A stretch of 64,000 nt of DNA from Nitrospirota bacterium. GTDB lineage: Bacteria > Nitrospirota > Thermodesulfovibrionia > Thermodesulfovibrionales > UBA9159. A model generated the notes under the pieces. It was not told the DNA's origin. It saw nothing but the letters and a program-made list of their open reading frames with translations, and did no database searches. This document shows, piece by piece, positions 21,865 through 32,657 of the stretch (positions are counted from its first letter, which is position 1; each line of letters begins with the position of its first letter). The stretch spans positions 224,001 through 288,000 of the forward strand of contig CAVOUE010000005.1 of the NCBI GenBank assembly GCA_963699545.1, read 5' to 3'. The position numbers and the translations under genes are program-made.

Positions 21865-22254
21865 ATGAAATGGCTCGAAAAATACGCTGACTACGCTTAT
21901 GGTTTACTGCGCATCATGGCCGGATTCATGTTCTCGTTCCATGGTGCCCAGAAGATTCTTGGGGTGCTTTCAGGGGTACAGCCGCCAGTCGGATCTCAAC
22001 TCTGGTTCGGGGGAATGATCGAACTTTTGGGAGGTCTGGCGATACTGCTGGGGTTTAAGACGCGCGCGGCGGCTTTTCTCTGCTGCGGCGAGATGGCTGT
22101 GGCCTATTTCCAGTTCCACTGGAAGTTCCAACTCGGACCCCAGTTCTTTCCGACAATTAACAAAGGCGAGCTCGCCGTCCTCTACTGTTTTGTTTTCCTC
22201 TACATTGCCTGTCGAGGCGGGGTGAAATGGAGCCTGGACAAAAAGGGCCAATAG
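21865..22254 (+). CDS. DoxX family membrane protein
   Basis: LLRIMAG, HGAQK, ELLGG, GFKTR and GELA motifs. SD AGGAG upstream. Confidence 0.88.
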   Translation: MKWLEKYADYAYGLLRIMAGFMFSFHGAQKILGVLSGVQPPVGSQLWFGGMIELLGGLAILLGFKTRAAAFLCCGEMAVAYFQFHWKFQLGPQFFPTINKGELAVLYCFVFLYIACRGGVKWSLDKKGQ

Positions 22255-22312
22255 CATATAAAGACAACCGCTGAGCCGGCAGCGACAGCACCCGACATCA
22301 TGCCCTTACAGG

Positions 22313-24089
22313 TCACTCAGCTGACGGTTCTTCACCCTGCCCTTCGGCCCCCTCTCCCGTAGTCTCGACACCCTGTCCCGGCGTTGTCTCCACAGCAGCA
22401 CCTGTCTTTGCCCTGTGCTTGGAGCGGCGTCTCCCCGCGCGACCGGGGCCGGCGCTTGGGATGCCTCTTGGGCTCTTCTCCCTGTTCCTTCGCATGTTCG
22501 GTCTCGTGTTCCTCTTTGTGCTCGGTCTTATGTTCAGTCCTCTGCTCGCCCTTACGCTCCGTCGCCTCCACTCCCTTGTGTTCCGTCCTTTTCTCTTCCT
22601 CGGGTTCTGCCTTTTCTTCCGCGAGTTTTTCAACGCTTATCGTATACTGGCCCGGGAAGAGTTTCGTGTCGGCTTCCAGCCTGACCGGCACTTTGAACTC
22701 CTTTTCGATCAGGGCGATCTCGTCCCTTCTCGTATTGACAAGATAGTTCATGATCTCAACAGTGACGGAGCAGAGAATGCTTTTTATCCCTCCCTTTGAT
22801 GCTTTGGCATGTATGTCCCTGTAGGCCGAAAGGGCGCTCATTTCAGTAGTCTTCACAATACCACTGCCCTCGCATGCCTCGCACTTCTTGTTTACCGCTT
22901 CATAATATGCCGGCCTCAGTCGCTCCCTGGTCATCTCCACCAGCCCGAATTTGGATATGGCGCTGATATCATTATGGGCCTTGTCCGCGCTGAGAGCGGT
23001 TCTCAGCCTGTTCTCAACTTCCTTCCTGTTCTTGAAAGAAGCCATGTCGATGAAGTCGATGACGATGAGGCCGCCGATGTCCCGCAACCTGAACTGCCGG
23101 GCGATCTCATCCGCAGCTTCGATGTTCGTCTTCAGGGCAGTGGACTCAATGTTCTCCTCTTTCCGGGACCTCCCTGAGTTCACATCGATGGAGGTGAGGG
23201 CCTCTGTCTTGTCGATGACGATATATCCCCGGGAAGGAAGGTATACATACCGGTCGTAGATCTTGGCGATCTGTTCCTCGATGGCATGCTTCGAGAAGAT
23301 CGGCTTTTTGTCCTTGTACAACTTTATGTTTATCTTTCGCCACGGAAGGGTCTTTCTCAGGAACTCTTTGGTATTCCGGTACGCCTCCTGATCATCCACA
23401 AGGACTTCCGTTACATCGCTGGTAAGATAGTCCCTCACGGTCCTGACCGCGATGTCCTGCTCCTTGTAAATGAGGGCAGGCGCAGTGACCTTCTTGGATT
23501 CGCTCTGGATCTTGGTCCACAGCTTGGTGAGATACTTCAGGTCGTTCTCCAGTTCCTCGCCGGTCTTGTCACTGCCCGCTGTCCGGAGGATGAAGCCCAT
23601 ATCCTTTGGGAGCTTGAGAGAGCTGAATATCTCCTTGAGGCGGTTGCGGTCCTCCCTGTCCTCGATCTTCCTCGAGATGCCCACCCTTTCCTCACCGGGC
23701 ATCATGACGATATACCTGCCCGGGATCGACAGATAGGTGGTCAGGCTCGCTCCCTTCGTGTCACGCTCATCCTTCTCCACCTGGACAATGACCTCCAGTC
23801 CCTTGGACAGGGCTTCCTGTATCCTCGGTCTCTTGCCTGTCGCCAGGTTCTTGAAATATTCAGGCCTTATCTCTCTCATCTGGAGAAATCCGTGTTTCTT
23901 CGGACCGAAATCCACAAAGGCAGCCTGGAGCCCCGGCTCAACTCTCGCAATGACGCCTTTGTAGATGTTCCCCTTAAGGTGTTCTTTTGCAGAAACTTCG
24001 ACGTAGAAGTCCACAAGGGTATCGCCTTCCACGATGGCCACCCTCTTCTCTTCAGCATGCGCTGCGTTGATCAGTATCTTTTTCTTCAT
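22313..24089 (-). CDS. rne: ribonuclease E/G family (one +1 frameshift in the C-terminal tail near 22435)
   Basis: GNIYKG S1 domain, IDVNSG, GGLIVIDFIDM and CxxCxG zinc link. The tail continues in the 22313-22633 frame. Confidence 0.9.
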
Positions 24090-24433
24090 TCTCCATCCCT
24101 CTCTGTCAGTGTACCGGTCTCGTATATTGCATCATCTCTCTCTGTAGTCACCTTTTCTCCTTCGCGGGTATCCTCTCTTCCCGCATCCGATTCCTTATGC
24201 ACCATGTAGAGGGCCTCGCTCAGGAGAAGCTCAGGATATCTCACCGTGGCCTCGATCACCTCCGCCAGGGGATAATCCACATACTGCCCCTCCGGGTACA
24301 TAATCCGCATGAACCGTCTCTTCAGAAGAAAAATGCGCCTGGCATGGCCGTTCTTGTCAATGACAGGAACTATCACATGCTCCAGGTCCTCTTCAAGATC
24401 ATACCGTCTGATGAGTTCCCTTGCCTCTTCCAT
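24086..24433 (-). CDS. hypothetical protein
   Basis: 115-aa ORF whose stop overlaps the rne start. Confidence 0.65.
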   Translation of the reverse strand: MEEARELIRRYDLEEDLEHVIVPVIDKNGHARRIFLLKRRFMRIMYPEGQYVDYPLAEVIEATVRYPELLLSEALYMVHKESDAGREDTREGEKVTTERDDAIYETGTLTERDGE

Positions 24434-24627
24434 CGGAACCGATGCCCTCTATTCCTTGTCTGAGCGGAGAAGGGCCTTGCTTTCTGCCGAACCTTCTCGC
24501 GACGCCGACACACCCATTCTACAGAATGGGGCCTCTGTTGTAAAGAATTGTCTGCCTGACAGACCGGTCAGTGACGGCGCGGTCGGCATCCCGCGGCTCC
24601 CCTGTGTCGCGGAGTGCGACCTTCGCC

Positions 24628-24657
24628 TTGACTTACCGGAATTTCAACCAGTATACT
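24628..24657 (+). promoter_or_regulatory. sigma70-type promoter TTGACT-N18-TATACT for lysS
   Basis: Near-consensus boxes, with the ATG 12 nt after the -10. Confidence 0.6.
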
Positions 24658-24669
24658 TTTTAGATTCCG

Positions 24670-26145
24670 ATGGAAGACATTAACGAACAGATAGAGCAGA
24701 GACTGAAAAAGCTCGATGAGCTGAAACAGGCTGGCATCGAACCCTTTGGCGGACCCTTCGAAGTTACCCATCATGCCTCTCAAATACTGAACGCGTACGG
24801 CGAGACTTCAAAGGAAGATCTTGGAGCGCATCCCGTCACTTTCGTCATTGCAGGCAGGATCGTTGCGATGCGCGATTTCGGGAAGGCGGCCTTTGCGCAC
24901 ATCCAGGATTCCTCAGGCAGGATACAGGTCTATTTCCGGAAAGACATTCTCGGCGATTCCTTCTCCGTCATAAAAAAACTGGACATCGGGGATATCGTCG
25001 GGATCAAAGGCAAGCTCTTCAGAACAAAGACGAATGAACTCACTATCGAGGTGGACGATCTCGCCTTTCTCACAAAATCCCTGAGACCGCTGCCTGAGAA
25101 ATGGCACGGCCTCAAGGATATCGAGACCCGGTACCGCCAGCGCTACGTTGATCTCATCGTGAATCCCGAAGTCCGCAAGGCCTTTGAGAAGAGGAGCGCC
25201 GTGATAAAGTCAATCAGGGACTTCTTTGAGGCAAAGGGGTTCATCGAGGTTGAAACACCGATGATGCACCAGATTCCGGGTGGCGCCACCGCGCGGCCGT
25301 TTATGACGCACCATAATGCTCTGGATATCGACCTCTATTTGAGGATCGCACCGGAACTCTACCTGAAGAGGCTCCTCGTGGGGGGCTATGAGCGTGTGTA
25401 CGAACTGAACAAGAACTTCAGAAATGAGGGTATATCCACAAAGCACAACCCCGAATTCACCATGCTGGAATTCTATATGGCGTACAAGGATTACACCTTT
25501 CTGATGAGCTTCACAGAGGAGATATTCTCGTACGTAGCGGAGAAGGCGGTCGGTACGTTAAAGATACCCTATGGGGATACGGTGATCGACCTTACCCCTC
25601 CCTGGAAGCGGGTCACCATGCGCGACGCCCTCAGGGAAAAGGGGGTGCCCGACGGCGTACTGACAGGCCCGGCCGAAGCAGTGAACTGGGCAATGACGAG
25701 GAAGTTAGCACTGGAGAAGGGCGCATCCCATGCAAAGGTGCTGGATGAAATATTCAAGGAGAATGTGGAGCCGGACCTGATACAGCCCACCTTCATCATC
25801 GACTATCCGGTAGAGCTTTCGCCCCTTGCAAAGAGGAAACGGGACAATCCTGACCTTGTGGAAAGGTTCGAGCTCTTCATCGCCTCCAGGGAGGTCGCCA
25901 ATGCTTTTTCGGAGCTCAACGACCCTCTTGACCAGAGAGAGAGGTTCCTCAAACAAGTGGAAGCACGGGAAGAAGGCGATGAAGAAGCCCAGCATATGGA
26001 TGAGGACTTTGTTCGGGCGCTGGAATACGGCATGCCGCCGGCTGCAGGCGAAGGCATCGGCATAGACAGGTTGGTGATGTTGCTCACCAATTCCCTTTCG
26101 ATAAGGGACGTCATCCTCTTTCCGCAACTGAAGCCAGAGCAATAA
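24670..26145 (+). CDS. lysS: lysine--tRNA ligase (class II)
   Basis: RYRQRYVDL, LYLRIAPEL, FRNEG, HNPEFT and GIGIDRL. Confidence 0.97.
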   Translation: MEDINEQIEQRLKKLDELKQAGIEPFGGPFEVTHHASQILNAYGETSKEDLGAHPVTFVIAGRIVAMRDFGKAAFAHIQDSSGRIQVYFRKDILGDSFSVIKKLDIGDIVGIKGKLFRTKTNELTIEVDDLAFLTKSLRPLPEKWHGLKDIETRYRQRYVDLIVNPEVRKAFEKRSAVIKSIRDFFEAKGFIEVETPMMHQIPGGATARPFMTHHNALDIDLYLRIAPELYLKRLLVGGYERVYELNKNFRNEGISTKHNPEFTMLEFYMAYKDYTFLMSFTEEIFSYVAEKAVGTLKIPYGDTVIDLTPPWKRVTMRDALREKGVPDGVLTGPAEAVNWAMTRKLALEKGASHAKVLDEIFKENVEPDLIQPTFIIDYPVELSPLAKRKRDNPDLVERFELFIASREVANAFSELNDPLDQRERFLKQVEAREEGDEEAQHMDEDFVRALEYGMPPAAGEGIGIDRLVMLLTNSLSIRDVILFPQLKPEQ

Positions 26146-26150
26146 AAAAA

Positions 26151-27437
26151 GTGAACAGCGATCAGAAGCGAGAAACAGGCTCACCACCCATCACCGGTCA
26201 CCCGTCATTTTCTCTCCCGTATCAGCTCTTTATCGCACTACGGTACCTCAGATCAAAGAAGAGGAACAAAGGTGTCTCCTTCAACACCGCCATATCCATC
26301 GGGGGCGTCGCTCTGGGCGTAATGGCCCTCCTTGTGGTGCTCTCGGTCATGAGCGGGTTTCATGAAGACCTCCAGAGAAAGATCCTGGGAGTGAACGCTC
26401 ATATCGTTGTCCTGGACCACAGGGGAACTCTGGACAATTATGAAAAAACGATCGAAAAGATCCGGGGAGTACAGGATGTCGTCTCTGCCTCCCCCTTTGT
26501 CCTTGGGCAGGTCATGGTCTCCTTCGGCAGCAAGGGACAGGGCGTCTATCTCAGGGGAATAAACCCTGCCACAGAGGAAAGTACCACGGACATCGCAAAG
26601 CATCTGAAAGAAGGCAGGCTCTCTGACCTGGACAAAAAGGACGGGCTGCCCGGCATTATCCTCGGCAAAGAGCTGGCCAACAGGCTGGGGGTGTTCAGGA
26701 ACGATGTGATCACCATCCTTTCTCCCACAGGGGAGATCGGTCCGCTGGGCATGCTTCCGAAGGTAAAGTCCTTCAGGGTGGTGGGGATATTCGAGGTGGG
26801 GATGTTCGAGTACGACTCCAACCTCGTGGTCACGGGACTTAAACCCGCGCAGGACTTCTTTAAGCTCGGCGGTTCAGTGACAGGGCTCGAGGTGAGGATA
26901 TCCGATATCTACAGGGCGTCGGACGTGAGGGAGAGGACCCAGAAGACCCTGGGCTATCCCTTCCATGTGCGGGACTGGATGCAGATGAACAAGAACCTCT
27001 TCTCCGCTCTCAAGCTCGAAAAGTTCGCCATGTTCGTCATCCTGGTGCTCATCATCCTGGTGGCCTCTTTCAACATCGTGAGCACCCTCATCATGAACGT
27101 CATTGAAAAGCAGAGAGAGATAGCGATCCTCAAGACCATGGGGGCCACCAACAGAGGCATCATGACCATATTCATGTTCCAGGGATTCATCATCGGGCTC
27201 GTCGGCACCGTCATCGGCCTTGGGTGCGGGTATGCCCTTTCCTACGTTCTCAATACCTACCAGATCATCAAGCTTCCTCCCGACATTTATTATCTCAGTC
27301 ATCTGCCGGTGAAGATGAAGCTCTCTGACTTCCTCTCCGTTTCCCTGTCCGCTATCGTGATCAGCTTCCTCTCGACCATCTACCCTGCCTGGCAGGCCGC
27401 AAAATTAGACCCCATCGAGCCCCTCAGATACGAGTGA
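26151..27437 (+). CDS. lolE: lipoprotein-releasing ABC transporter permease LolC/E
   Basis: IALRYLR, SVMSGF, EKQREIAILKTMGA and YPAWQAAKLDPIEPLRYE. Confidence 0.9.
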   Translation: MNSDQKRETGSPPITGHPSFSLPYQLFIALRYLRSKKRNKGVSFNTAISIGGVALGVMALLVVLSVMSGFHEDLQRKILGVNAHIVVLDHRGTLDNYEKTIEKIRGVQDVVSASPFVLGQVMVSFGSKGQGVYLRGINPATEESTTDIAKHLKEGRLSDLDKKDGLPGIILGKELANRLGVFRNDVITILSPTGEIGPLGMLPKVKSFRVVGIFEVGMFEYDSNLVVTGLKPAQDFFKLGGSVTGLEVRISDIYRASDVRERTQKTLGYPFHVRDWMQMNKNLFSALKLEKFAMFVILVLIILVASFNIVSTLIMNVIEKQREIAILKTMGATNRGIMTIFMFQGFIIGLVGTVIGLGCGYALSYVLNTYQIIKLPPDIYYLSHLPVKMKLSDFLSVSLSAIVISFLSTIYPAWQAAKLDPIEPLRYE

Positions 27438-28385
27438 AGGGCTAAAGGCCTCCATGGCCCATTGCACCCGGGTCTCTGCCGTTGCAAATATATGAGACGG
27501 TGCATGGTCCACAAGGTCAAGGCGTCGTCTGAGACCTGAACCGTTCGCCAGCTGGATCGCCAGCCCGGGACGCACGTTCATTTCGAGGAGCAGCGGGCCG
27601 TGTTTCCGGTCAATGACCATATCCACCCCCACGTAGCCCAGACCCGTCATCTCAAAGGCAGACGCGGCCATCAGGAGCATGGCCCTCCAGTGCGGCACCT
27701 CTATGCCTCTCACCTGCCTGCCCGTATCGGGATGGCGGGTGATCGTCTCCGAGCCATGTACTGCGTCAAGGGTCAGACCCCTGCTCATCTCTATGCCGGA
27801 GCCCACGGCACCCCGGTGGAGGTTCGCCTTGCCTTCGGATTCTTTTGTCGGGAGGCGGACCATTCCCATCGCCGGAACCCCCTGATACACCACGATCCGT
27901 ACGTCCGGGACCCCTTCATAGGACACCGAAACGAAGGCCGGGTCGGGAAAGACCAATGCCTCTATGATCGCCTCGTCCTCGAGGGCCGCAAGGGAATAAA
28001 TCCCTGAGAGAATATCTGAGACATGATAGCAAAAATCAGACCATGTCATCACCTCACCGCTTTGCGTGACAAAATCGAGGCCCTTCCTGTCGGTAACAAG
28101 AACGATACCGCTCCCTCCTGCTCCGCGAGCGGGTTTCAGAACAAAATTCCGCCGGTCTCCCAGCGCACGTTCAAGGCCGGCGATATCGCCATGATATTCC
28201 ACCACGTGGTACAGGGCAGGTGTCGGGATACGATGTTTCTCGGCAAGAGTCTTTGTATACAACTTATTATCCACGAGGGGATAGGAGGAACGGGGATTGC
28301 ACCGCATAATGTACTCGGCATTCCTGCGATTCATACCAAGCACTCCTGCGTTCCGCAGCCCGGAAATACCTTTGAAGGTCATCAT
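27405..28385 (-). CDS. alpha-L-glutamate ligase-like ATP-grasp protein
   Basis: GVLGMNRRN, VDNKL, KPARGAGG, GKANLHRGA, GYVGVD and LEMNVRPGL. ATG 28385 overlaps the upstream stop. Confidence 0.88.
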   Translation of the reverse strand: MMTFKGISGLRNAGVLGMNRRNAEYIMRCNPRSSYPLVDNKLYTKTLAEKHRIPTPALYHVVEYHGDIAGLERALGDRRNFVLKPARGAGGSGIVLVTDRKGLDFVTQSGEVMTWSDFCYHVSDILSGIYSLAALEDEAIIEALVFPDPAFVSVSYEGVPDVRIVVYQGVPAMGMVRLPTKESEGKANLHRGAVGSGIEMSRGLTLDAVHGSETITRHPDTGRQVRGIEVPHWRAMLLMAASAFEMTGLGYVGVDMVIDRKHGPLLLEMNVRPGLAIQLANGSGLRRRLDLVDHAPSHIFATAETRVQWAMEAFSPSLVSEGLDGV

Positions 28386-29906
28386 GATTTCCTCAGCCTC
28401 CGAAAACGGAGGAATTCCGAGAGACGATAGCCGGTGTAGCGACCGATGAGCACCTGGAGGGCCGCAACCACACAGAGTAGCTCCGGGTAGATGAAGAAAG
28501 AGAGCTGGAGAGGCTCCACGTGGATGACCTCGTAGGCGATGCCGGCCACCACAGCGCTCCCCAGGGCCGTCCGGAGACCTTCCCGTAACCCCTCTTCCTC
28601 CATAATGACAAAAAAACGCTCGATGGTCATGGTGAGGATTACGAACGGGAGCAGACCCACGGCCATGAATTGCCGCATTCCGAGCTTGTTTCCGACCACG
28701 GCAAAGACGGTGAAACAGGCGATCACCAGTGTCAGGATCACTGAAAGACGGGGAACGAGGAGGAGGTGAAGTTTGTCGAGGAACCGGCGGACCGCGTACC
28801 CGATGAAAACCACGCCGCCAAAAATACCGAGCCCATAGGCGAGTCCGGTGTTCCGAAAAGCAAGGGCCATAAGGACAGGCATGAATATACCAAAGGTGGG
28901 GAATCCCACGATATTGCGAAGCACGCATACGATGAGGGCGCCTATGGGGACCAAAAGGAGAATGCGGAAGGTGGCCTGGAACTCTTCCGGGAGAACGAAA
29001 GAGCGACCAGCGATCCAGAAATCTTTCCGACTGTCGTATCCGCTCGAACTGCAAGCGCCACTGACCTATGATCTGCTTTCTCAGGGTCCATCGCATGTCT
29101 GTCAGCTCTCCATTTGACACGCGAATGGCAGGGAGAGCCCCCGTGGTCAATGGGAACAGGAGAACCGATCTCCTGTAAACCTCTCCTGTTTCAGGATGGA
29201 GCCGTTCCCATCCTCTGCCGGTCCATACCTCGGTCCATGTGACAGGTTTGGACGTAACGCTCTCGGTGAGAACCAGACCCTCAACAATGCGCGCAGGGAG
29301 CCTTGCAGCGCTGAGCAGAGCCATAAGTGCGGAAAGATGACCTCGTTCCTCGCGAAGACGTTTCCACGCCACGATATCGTCGGCAGCCGGCAGCGGTGCC
29401 CAGTAACCTGCTGCGGCTGAGACCACCGCATGAAACCTCTCCTGAAGGCTGAGAGTTCTCCAGTTCAGGGCCAGACGTTCCACCAGTTGCCGCTCCTCCT
29501 TTCCTATGGACTCTGGATAAGGTCCAGGCGCCGGCTCCGCTTCTTTCACCTTCTGTTCGGGCCGCAAAACAATGGTGGCGCGGTATGAGATGCTCTCTCC
29601 CCTGGCATCGGTCGTGCCGGACCAGACACCGAAACGGTTCAGACCTTCATGGAGGAGGCTGAAATCCAGTTCGCCGCCCGTTATTTTTTCTTCGAATACC
29701 GCCCGGTCCTTATAGGTATGGGGGAGACCCATCACTACCTTCATCTCTTCCCCTCCGCTCCTGACCGCCGCGTCCATGGAAAGCTGCCAGGCCTTCTCGC
29801 TGGCAGCAGGCAAGAGCGGATATCCGAGGGAGAAAATACGGTAGGCTATGAGGGCCGCAGGGAGCATCATCAGCAACACGGCAAGAACGAATGCGCGGTA
29901 TCTCAC
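28382..29906 (-). CDS. inactive transglutaminase fused to a 7TM membrane domain (one +1 frameshift near 28995)
   Basis: N-terminal part from the 833-aa ORF. Removing one T gives SLFR-LPEEFQATFRILLLVPIG, continuing into the 28382-28954 7TM frame (GFPTFGIFMPVL, ILTMTIER). Confidence 0.82.
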
Positions 29907-30448
29907 GGTACTGTGCTGACGCGGCAGCTCGGAGGAGCTATCCCGGTTCGGCCCACATCAACAATAAAATCTTTTTCGAGAGTTTCACGTCCCACCAGAA
30001 AAGGATACTCCATGCGGGAACGGTCCGTGAGCGTCACGGAAGTGACGATGCGTTTCGGCCCCAGACATATCTCGATCTTCACCACCGGTCTCCTCCAGCT
30101 GCCCTCGGCAGTCTGGACCTCCTTCCAACCCACCAGCGGCAGGCGAGCCTCGTGACCGCCACATCTGTCTGCCATGGTGAGTGTGACGAATTTCCCCACC
30201 ACGGCATATCCGCACACATCAAGAGAAGACAGGGCAGCGCCCGTATCGATGCGGGCCGGGACCTTCACACCCCATGGGAAAAGGATCACGTCTTCCACCG
30301 CCCCGACAGTGATTTTTTCATGAGCGTTCATGTCAGCGGGGACAAGGATCAGAAGAACAACCCACCAGGCCCAGAGCACCAGGCCCACTAATCCCCGGCA
30401 GAACGCCATCTCACCATCTCGGCCCTTGTGATCAACCATACGTTCCAT
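29903..30448 (-). CDS. RimK-associated retropepsin-like aspartic protease (putative ATP-dependent zinc protease family)
   Basis: ARIDTGA, RPVV and LTDRSRMEYPFLVGR, with a signal/TM segment. Confidence 0.85.
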   Translation of the reverse strand: MERMVDHKGRDGEMAFCRGLVGLVLWAWWVVLLILVPADMNAHEKITVGAVEDVILFPWGVKVPARIDTGAALSSLDVCGYAVVGKFVTLTMADRCGGHEARLPLVGWKEVQTAEGSWRRPVVKIEICLGPKRIVTSVTLTDRSRMEYPFLVGRETLEKDFIVDVGRTGIAPPSCRVSTVP

Positions 30449-30503
30449 TTCTTACTATAACCGACTTTACTCTCGATGACAAGATTGCGTTCACCGCACC
30501 TGT

Positions 30504-31364
30504 TCAAGAGGATCCCTCTCCATAATCCCTGACCGTAATGTATCCGGACAGGAGGATCATAACGCCGCCGATCACGGTTCTATAATCGATCCCTTCCCCG
30601 AGGAAGGCTACTCCGAGTAGAATGGCACAGAGCGGTTCGAGATAGCCGAGGATCGCTGCTCTGTTGGCGGTGACCTCCTGCATCCCCTTGAAATAGAGAA
30701 CTGGTGCAATGGCGGAGTGGACGACCCCCATCACAATAAATGCCCAGACTGCAGAGAGAAGACCCAGGTGGATCTCAACAAAGGGCAGCAGGAGCAGCGC
30801 AATGATAGTGTTCTGGAAAAATGTCATGAGAACGGGGTGGAAGTTCCGGGCAAATATCCTGAAAAGTATTACGAGCACGGCATAGGCGAACCCTGACAGG
30901 AGTCCTGCCAGAATACCGCCGGTGTTCCTGTCGCCGGCCACCGCGAGATCAATGAATTGACCGGCCGTGATCCCGAGCATGATCCATAACCCGGCAGAAG
31001 CTGCAGCAACCGCCAGGAGTATCCTGACTGTCAGCCGTTCCTTCAGGAAGACCGGAGCAAGAAAGGCCACGAGCACAGGCGCAGTGTAATGGGTAAGCAC
31101 AGCGTTTGCCACCGACGTATTCTTGTATGCATAGAAAAAGGAGAACGAATTCACCAGGCTTATAGGTCCGAGAACGAGCAGGGAAGCAAGGGCCCTCCCT
31201 CCGGGGATTTCGGCACGGAACTTCCTCGAGAAGAAGGCCGACCCCATTATCAATGAAGAGATGAGGCAGGAGAAAAAGATCAGCTCGCGTACCGGAACAC
31301 CTGAGAGCCTGATGACGACGGGAAGGGAGCCCCACAGGAAGATGGCAACAAGGATATAGACCAT
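30504..31364 (-). CDS. DMT/EamA family transporter
   Basis: About 10 TM segments in two EamA repeats (YTAP, LEP motifs). Confidence 0.88.
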   Translation of the reverse strand: MVYILVAIFLWGSLPVVIRLSGVPVRELIFFSCLISSLIMGSAFFSRKFRAEIPGGRALASLLVLGPISLVNSFSFFYAYKNTSVANAVLTHYTAPVLVAFLAPVFLKERLTVRILLAVAAASAGLWIMLGITAGQFIDLAVAGDRNTGGILAGLLSGFAYAVLVILFRIFARNFHPVLMTFFQNTIIALLLLPFVEIHLGLLSAVWAFIVMGVVHSAIAPVLYFKGMQEVTANRAAILGYLEPLCAILLGVAFLGEGIDYRTVIGGVMILLSGYITVRDYGEGSS

Positions 31365-31417
31365 TCAGGTTACAGGTACAATCTTATGAAAGCCATCAGT
31401 CTTTCCCCGCCCAGTGC

Positions 31418-32581
31418 CTATAGCCGTACGCCCGGTGCCTCTATCTGTCGTAACACAAATTCCCTGATCTCTTTGTGGGACGGCATGCCGACGCAGTACT
31501 GCCCGTTGTCCAGGACAGGGACAAGGATATCCTTCAACAGCCCGCCGCATTCGCACACACGGCGTTCATCGCCATAGGGAACGATCGACCCCTTATCGCA
31601 TGCAGCACATCTGAGGACGCTCTTGGTTCCGGACCACTTGCCCCTCTTCGCAACGGGCTTCCCTTCGATCTCCATGATGTCCATGGCATAGTCGACCACA
31701 GCGGCATTACTGATGGACGTCCCGATACCATACCCGTCCACCACAGGGTTCAGGGCAGGCACGTCTTCCTCCTTTATGCCTCCGCTGACGTAAAACTTTA
31801 TATTTTTGTATCCCCTTAGATCCAGCTCCCACCTGCACTCTTCAAGGATACGGAAAAAATTGCCGCGCCTCGACGCAGGGGTATCAAACCGAACGGCAAA
31901 AAGATGCCCGCCCATAGCCCCTGCCACATTCAGCACCTCGAACTTCTCATCCAGGAACGTATCGATCAAGGCAACCCTTTTGAGTTTCGGTTCGAGGACC
32001 TCATCGTATGCCTTCATTGCCTCGACCGTCGAACCCATGCAGAGTATCAGGGCGTGGGGCATGGTGCCCATCGGATCTTCCCCGATGATTTCGCCCGATT
32101 TCACCACCGAAACGCCGTCACAGCCGCCGATATAGGCATTCCGCTCGATCATTGGCGCGAGGATGGGATGCATTCTACGGGCGCCGAAGCTGATGACCGG
32201 TCTTCCCCCCGCCCGTTTCTTAAAGCGCGCTGCTTTCGTCGCAACACCTGAAGCCTGACAGATCAGACCAAGGATCGCTGTCTCATAGACACAGAAGTCC
32301 TGATATCTCCCCTCGATCTCCATCACCGGTTCAAAGGGAGAGAAGAGAGTGCCTTCCCGCATCGCCCTTACCCTAACCGGGAGGTTTTTCATGAGGTACA
32401 CGGCCTCTTCAAGTCCCGCAAAGACAGCCCACGACCAATCGTCAGGAAGATTCTTCGCGATGAATTCAGCCTTCACAACGGGGTTGATCCCCTTCGCCTT
32501 CAGGATCTTAAGGGTCCGATCGAAATAGACGTCGGTGATCCTGCCGTCAAGGATATCCTGCGGATCTGCGGTATGGAACAT
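31418..32581 (-). CDS. pncB: nicotinate phosphoribosyltransferase
   Basis: TDVYF, SFGARR, GTMPH, VRFDT, SGGI and GIGT. Confidence 0.88.
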   Translation of the reverse strand: MFHTADPQDILDGRITDVYFDRTLKILKAKGINPVVKAEFIAKNLPDDWSWAVFAGLEEAVYLMKNLPVRVRAMREGTLFSPFEPVMEIEGRYQDFCVYETAILGLICQASGVATKAARFKKRAGGRPVISFGARRMHPILAPMIERNAYIGGCDGVSVVKSGEIIGEDPMGTMPHALILCMGSTVEAMKAYDEVLEPKLKRVALIDTFLDEKFEVLNVAGAMGGHLFAVRFDTPASRRGNFFRILEECRWELDLRGYKNIKFYVSGGIKEEDVPALNPVVDGYGIGTSISNAAVVDYAMDIMEIEGKPVAKRGKWSGTKSVLRCAACDKGSIVPYGDERRVCECGGLLKDILVPVLDNGQYCVGMPSHKEIREFVLRQIEAPGVRL

Positions 32582-32657
32582 CTTTCCTCCCTCCTCCCGG
32601 TCCTTCCGGATCACTGCTCAGAGGCCGACTTATCCCCATTATAGCAGAGTTGCCGGG

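Noticed and set aside
27405-29906. 833-aa transglutaminase/ATP-grasp fusion ORF
   Set aside because: The middle portion is off-frame nonsense. One extra T near 28995 diverts the 7TM gene into the ligase frame, and the ligase has its own ATG at 28385.
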